In this document: positions 59,768-64,000 of the stretch, in pieces
How positions within the stretch are numbered: the stretch's first letter is position 1
Layout: every line of letters begins with the position of its first letter
Source of the DNA: Entomortierella parvispora E1425
Lineage: Eukaryota > Fungi > Mortierellomycota
Direction: 5' to 3'
Length of the DNA: 64,000 nt
Assembly (NCBI GenBank): GCA_020891255.1
Contig: BQFW01000011.1
Coordinates: forward strand, 558,001 to 622,000
Notes under the pieces: generated by a model
Told to the model about the DNA's origin: nothing
The model's database searches: none
Seen by the model: the letters and a program-made list of their open reading frames with translations, nothing else
Made by a program: the position numbers and the translations under genes

Positions 59768-60904
59768 CTAGACTGGGACCTTGATCTTTTCTTCGTCCTG
59801 AGGCATGACCTGTGGGTTCCGTGCTGCTGAATGAGTGCCGACATAGGCATTCTCGACCTTTGCATTCTTGTCATAAGAGGTCCGACCAGGAACAGGAACG
59901 GCTGCGACTTGCTGTGGCGTTCTAGGAGAAGACTGACCGCCAGTTGTGGTCGAGGGTGGGGGCTGGGGGTACGACTTTGGCGAGGCAGTGGCGTGGGTCA
60001 TCGAAGGAGACGAACCAGGACCGGCATAGCCAACAGGTGCTGGAGGGGCAAACTTATTCTGAGTGTACTGGTCATTGTAGTATCCCTGCTGCTGTTGCTG
60101 TTGCTGTTGCTGTTGAGCATCACCATAGTAGCCTGCAGGCTGTGGGTGGCTCTGAGAATAGTATGGGTCGTATTGGTCGTAGTTAGGTTGTTCATACTGC
60201 TGCTCAGAGTACTGGCCGCCGTAGGGAACCTGTTGGTAGCCCTGCTGGTAGTCGTATCCATCCTGGTTGTTATTCTTGTTGTGATGGGCCAAGGCTGCAC
60301 CTCCAGCAAGGCCGGCAGCTCCACCAACGGCAGCCATTTCAAGGGGTCTGTTGCCCGCTGCCGAAGGTCTTGACTGGTCCGAGTCAGGTCGACGACCTCC
60401 AGCAGCCAATGCCCCGAGGGCAGGACTGGCTGCATTGGTGCGGCCATGATCGGTGCCAGTACTATGGTCACCCAAGAAATCTAGTCTTCTCTTGCGAGCC
60501 CTGGACTTCTTCCTGTAGCGCATTACAAAGACGGCAACAAAGAAAGCCACGACCAGGACAGCGGCTACACCTCCAATCACGGGGGCGAGGATCGACTTGT
60601 TGCTGCTGTCGCCGCCCTTATTGTTGTCACTATCACTTCCTGGAAGGGTTGAGGGGCTAGCGATGCCCGAGGGGTTGGAACCACCCCCAACTGAAGTGGT
60701 CTTTCCTGGCTTCTTAGAGGCAGTTGGCTTGGCGGTGGTGGCGGGGTCAGGGCCAGTGCCAGGGCCAGTGCCAGTGCCGGGGTCGGGGTCAGCAGTGGGT
60801 GAGGGAAGGGGGGCAGCCGTGGATGTGCTGAGGGGAGGAGCCGTACTGGCGGGAGTGGTGGTTGCGGGTACAGTCAGCGGGGGGACGGTTGTAATGGACG
60901 ACAT
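59768..60904 (-). CDS. Single-pass membrane protein with S/T/P-rich ectodomain and Tyr/Gln-rich tail (Mid2/Wsc-like architecture)
   Basis: 378-aa ORF; TM 'ILAPVIGGVAAVLVVAFFVAVFVM' followed by a basic stop-transfer 'RYRKKSRARKRR'. Confidence 0.75.
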   Translation of the reverse strand: MSSITTVPPLTVPATTTPASTAPPLSTSTAAPLPSPTADPDPGTGTGPGTGPDPATTAKPTASKKPGKTTSVGGGSNPSGIASPSTLPGSDSDNNKGGDSSNKSILAPVIGGVAAVLVVAFFVAVFVMRYRKKSRARKRRLDFLGDHSTGTDHGRTNAASPALGALAAGGRRPDSDQSRPSAAGNRPLEMAAVGGAAGLAGGAALAHHNKNNNQDGYDYQQGYQQVPYGGQYSEQQYEQPNYDQYDPYYSQSHPQPAGYYGDAQQQQQQQQQQGYYNDQYTQNKFAPPAPVGYAGPGSSPSMTHATASPKSYPQPPPSTTTGGQSSPRTPQQVAAVPVPGRTSYDKNAKVENAYVGTHSAARNPQVMPQDEEKIKVPV

Positions 60905-61846
60905 TTCAGGGAATGGGCGACAATGAGGTCAAGACGGAAGAATGTGAGGAAGGGAAGGTAGACGGGAGCAAGAAGCGACCGGAGCTCCAAGAATGAAATG
61001 AATGAAAAGAATGGGAGGACGGAGAATGAGAGAATGAGAGAATGAGAGAAGGGAGAGGAAGACTGAATGGCAATGAAAACAAAAAGAGAAGAAAGAAGGG
61101 AGAAGAGAAGAGAAGGGAAGGAAAGGAAGAGAAGACCGACCTTTGATTGAATTGAATCCAAAGATCAAACCGCCCCTGGCTGGCTGGCGGGCGGGTTGGC
61201 TGTTGGCTTTGACTCGCATTCATTTATTAGATATTTGAAATTGCGAATGTCGACTCTGACTGGACGGCCGCGGTGCAGGGATCTCGATGTTGGATCGCCG
61301 CCATCCCTTGCTCCTGCTCCTGCTCCTTCCTCTTCACAACTCACTCGTTTCCACCCCTGCATCCGAGAACATCTGCGGCTCGACTTTGCTTGCCAGCCAG
61401 ACATCTTCTCTCGTTGTCGTCCAACGTCTGCTCCTTCCCTCCACCTCCATCTCCACCTCCACCTGTTCTCCGTGCGTCTTCCTGTTGTTCGCACACTTGT
61501 TCGCCCCGCCCACACAGACAAAGCTCACCTCATGTGTGCGTAAAAATAGGTTTTGTCTTTTCCGTCCCAGTGGTGGTGACCACCTCCAAAGGTACGTGCA
61601 AAGATCGCTTTCCTCTGTGTTGACATGGGTACTTGTATTGGATCTTCGCCCTCTCTTCCGCTATCCCCCAACCTTCCTTGCTTTCCTCTCTGACCCCTGG
61701 CCAACTTCAAGTCGCGTGTCAGTCATCTCCCCTGTATTTCCTCGTTTTATTCCCGACCGACGGATAAACGTTCTTAGGAACAGATACGAATGGAACCCCG
61801 CCGGTGAGAGATGCAATTTTTCTTTGCTCTTCATGCAGTTTATTAA

Positions 61847-62467
61847 TTATGTCCTGCGAATCTTGAACGCGATCCTCGCCCCAACGAGCATGGTGCCGAT
61901 GCCGAGACCTGATAACAGGTACATGGGCACGATCCTTGGGTCACTCTTTAACATGTAATCTCTCCGGACCAAAAACAGATGGTCTGTTTCTTGCTCCGTA
62001 TTCCTGATCTTGACCACATCATATCCACGAGGAATGGCCTTCATAAATTCTATAGTCTTTGAGATGCACGAGACTGTAAATAATGCACCCACAGCCATGA
62101 CGCACGCAGATGCCCACCGGGAACTCGGCCACCGACTGTTGTTTATAATCCGGTTCTGTCGTACTCCCACTGCAGCTAGGACACCTCCCCAGAGGAGAGC
62201 CTTGATCGCGGCCCAGAGATGATATTGGTTGTAATGTAGGGCTACTGCCCGTTGGAGGGCTGCACACTCTGGATCAATGTGGACAACGATTGCCTTCCAG
62301 TCGTGGCAAGCTCTTCTGAGTTCATATTGATTCATGCAAGACAGAGCAAGAGCAATAGTTTGACGCGAGTCCGCCTGGAGGTGGAGGTGCGAAGGCGTAG
62401 ACTGGGTGGCCAGTTGGAGGAGTAGTTTCGAATGGCGTTGTTGCACCTGTTTACAGAGTCGCGCCAT
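61847..62467 (-). CDS. Hypothetical membrane protein (~206 aa, 2-3 TM); 5' end uncertain
   Basis: Open frame with hydrophobic segments 'LWAAIKALLWGGVLAAVGV', 'ACVMAVGALFTVSCI' and 'MYLLSGLGIGTMLVGA'. Confidence 0.55.
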   Translation of the reverse strand: MARLCKQVQQRHSKLLLQLATQSTPSHLHLQADSRQTIALALSCMNQYELRRACHDWKAIVVHIDPECAALQRAVALHYNQYHLWAAIKALLWGGVLAAVGVRQNRIINNSRWPSSRWASACVMAVGALFTVSCISKTIEFMKAIPRGYDVVKIRNTEQETDHLFLVRRDYMLKSDPRIVPMYLLSGLGIGTMLVGARIAFKIRRT

Positions 62468-63331
62468 GTCTACGTAGGGCTGTAAGCTGCTCAAAATGAA
62501 GACATATTCTGAGTGGAACGTGAAGAAGGAAGGGCGAGAGAGAATGTGCTTGCATGAGTATGTGGTTAAGGTAACACAGCCGGAGTGAAGCAAATAAGCA
62601 ATTGAGATGGGTGGGCATTGTGTTGGAAGAATGAGCGATTGGCGCACAGGCAGCATTGTTTACCATCTGGCTCCATTGTCGGGGCCAATGGCGAGGCCCA
62701 AGTGTATTGTTCGAGGCTGGAAAGGGATGTTGGGGTGATGTGGGTCATGGGTGATGACTGGGTATAGGTGGACATGGACATGGGGGGTGTGTAGGCAAGA
62801 AGGAGCAAAGTGTCTATTCAAATGCATGTCCATGCACCAACGACAGACAGGCAAACGCGACAGACTGAAAATCTTCCTCCAATCGCAAAAGTAATTTGAC
62901 GGGCACACGTGATACAAAGTTGCGTTGCGGTGATGTGGTGGCAAAGTCAAGACGACGCTTTCGGTGTCAGTGAAGGCACAGCGGCTGTGTGGGAGATCTT
63001 TTTTTTTTTTCCCTTCCTCCTCTTCTTCTCCCCTTGTCTCCATCTCCTCTTTCTATTTTTCTTCTCTTTGTTTCCGTTGCCGTCTTTTTGTCTCTGTTTG
63101 TCTCGTCGTTTCATTTATTCTCTCAATCCTTCTCACTCTCACCTCGCACTCATTCGCTTCCTTTACACCTTTAATCCCGTCCTTGTTGCTTGCAAAACAA
63201 CAAAAACAAAAACAAAAAAAAAAACGAAAAAAAAATCCTGATCATTACCACCTCGATCAACTCCATTCTACTCAGCGTTACTTTCCCCCGTGTCAAGTCC
63301 TTTGGAAACAAAAAGAAAGCTTTGCCCATAA

Positions 63332-63400
63332 ATGGACCACATCGAAGAGGCTGTTGCTTGTGCACTCAGCCCTAATGCGGATCCTGCTCTGAAGCAGCAG
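63332..63400 (+). CDS. First exon of a probable exportin-T (Los1)-like gene; remainder not identified in this window
   Basis: 'MDHIEEAVACALSPNADPALKQQ' followed by a GTGGGT donor. It resembles fungal exportin-T N-termini as I recall them; only 23 codons are visible. Confidence 0.45.
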
Positions 63401-64000
63401 GTGGGTGTGCATAACTTTGATTCCCTTTTTTTTAAAGAATGATCTTTCACACCTGCTCGTCAATGACGGGTTCATTTCTTTCATACTGCGCCGTGGACGA
63501 GTAGGAGGAGGCGTAGCTTCGACTGTTTTCTGTACATGAGCCGCCCGGTTCTGCAGGCGCGGCACCTCTACAGGGTGCAGTAGAGTTGTGGACAGCGCCA
63601 GTGTAGAGCATATAGGGTCACGGTCAGGATCCGGATCAGGACTTATCCAGGCGAGGATTGGACCAGGATCAGGAGACCATGGCGGCTGTTATAGTCCGGA
63701 CCAGTTCGTGTTTCTCACCCCTCGTCGGACGCGAATCGGTCATGTACATCTCTGGGAGAGACGTTCCTGTGCGACCGTAGTGTCAAGGGGGACAAAGCAG
63801 ATGCAAGAAGCAAACAGCCATCTACCAGCCCTGTTCAAGGATGGGCAGTAGAAAAACCGCCAAACAGATGGGATCGGGAGTAATTAGAGGACCTTTGATG
63901 GACTCAGGAGACCTTGAATCAGCAGGAAGCAATGGCGGTGTCCCTGGCAACAGAAAGTGGGCGATCATGTCCCATCGCCACCATTTTAGTCGGACGAGCT

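Overview
Eukaryotic, intron-containing fungal DNA. A Mortierellaceae-like (early-diverging) origin is inferred from the gene families and short GT-AG introns with CTAAC/CTAAT branch points. About 24 protein-coding loci are present. Housekeeping genes include a CRAL-TRIO protein, a hotdog thioesterase, a P450, PIN4-like, THI5/NMT1, NAC-alpha, UCH37, MET16, an OPT transporter, an M20 amidohydrolase, a mitochondrial carrier, VMA6, TRP4 and CDC16. Three things stand out. (1) A five-exon minus-strand gene (36038-40554, ~1387 aa after correcting one homopolymer frameshift) fuses a complete FEN1/XPG-like 5'-nuclease domain to a Fanzor/TnpB-type RuvC + zinc-finger module. All three RuvC acidic residues and an SV40-like NLS are present, and a nested-hairpin sequence directly downstream is a candidate omegaRNA. 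(2) A second, decayed Fanzor relic (~51.1-52.1 kb) shares the same intron position. (3) A TPP riboswitch lies in the 3' UTR of THI5/NMT1 with plant-THIC-like architecture: a 3' splice site inside the aptamer, a 5' splice site complementary to P4/P5, and a ~295-nt AG-free intron. No tRNA, rRNA or CRISPR array was recognised. All calls come from manual reading; no database searches were run.
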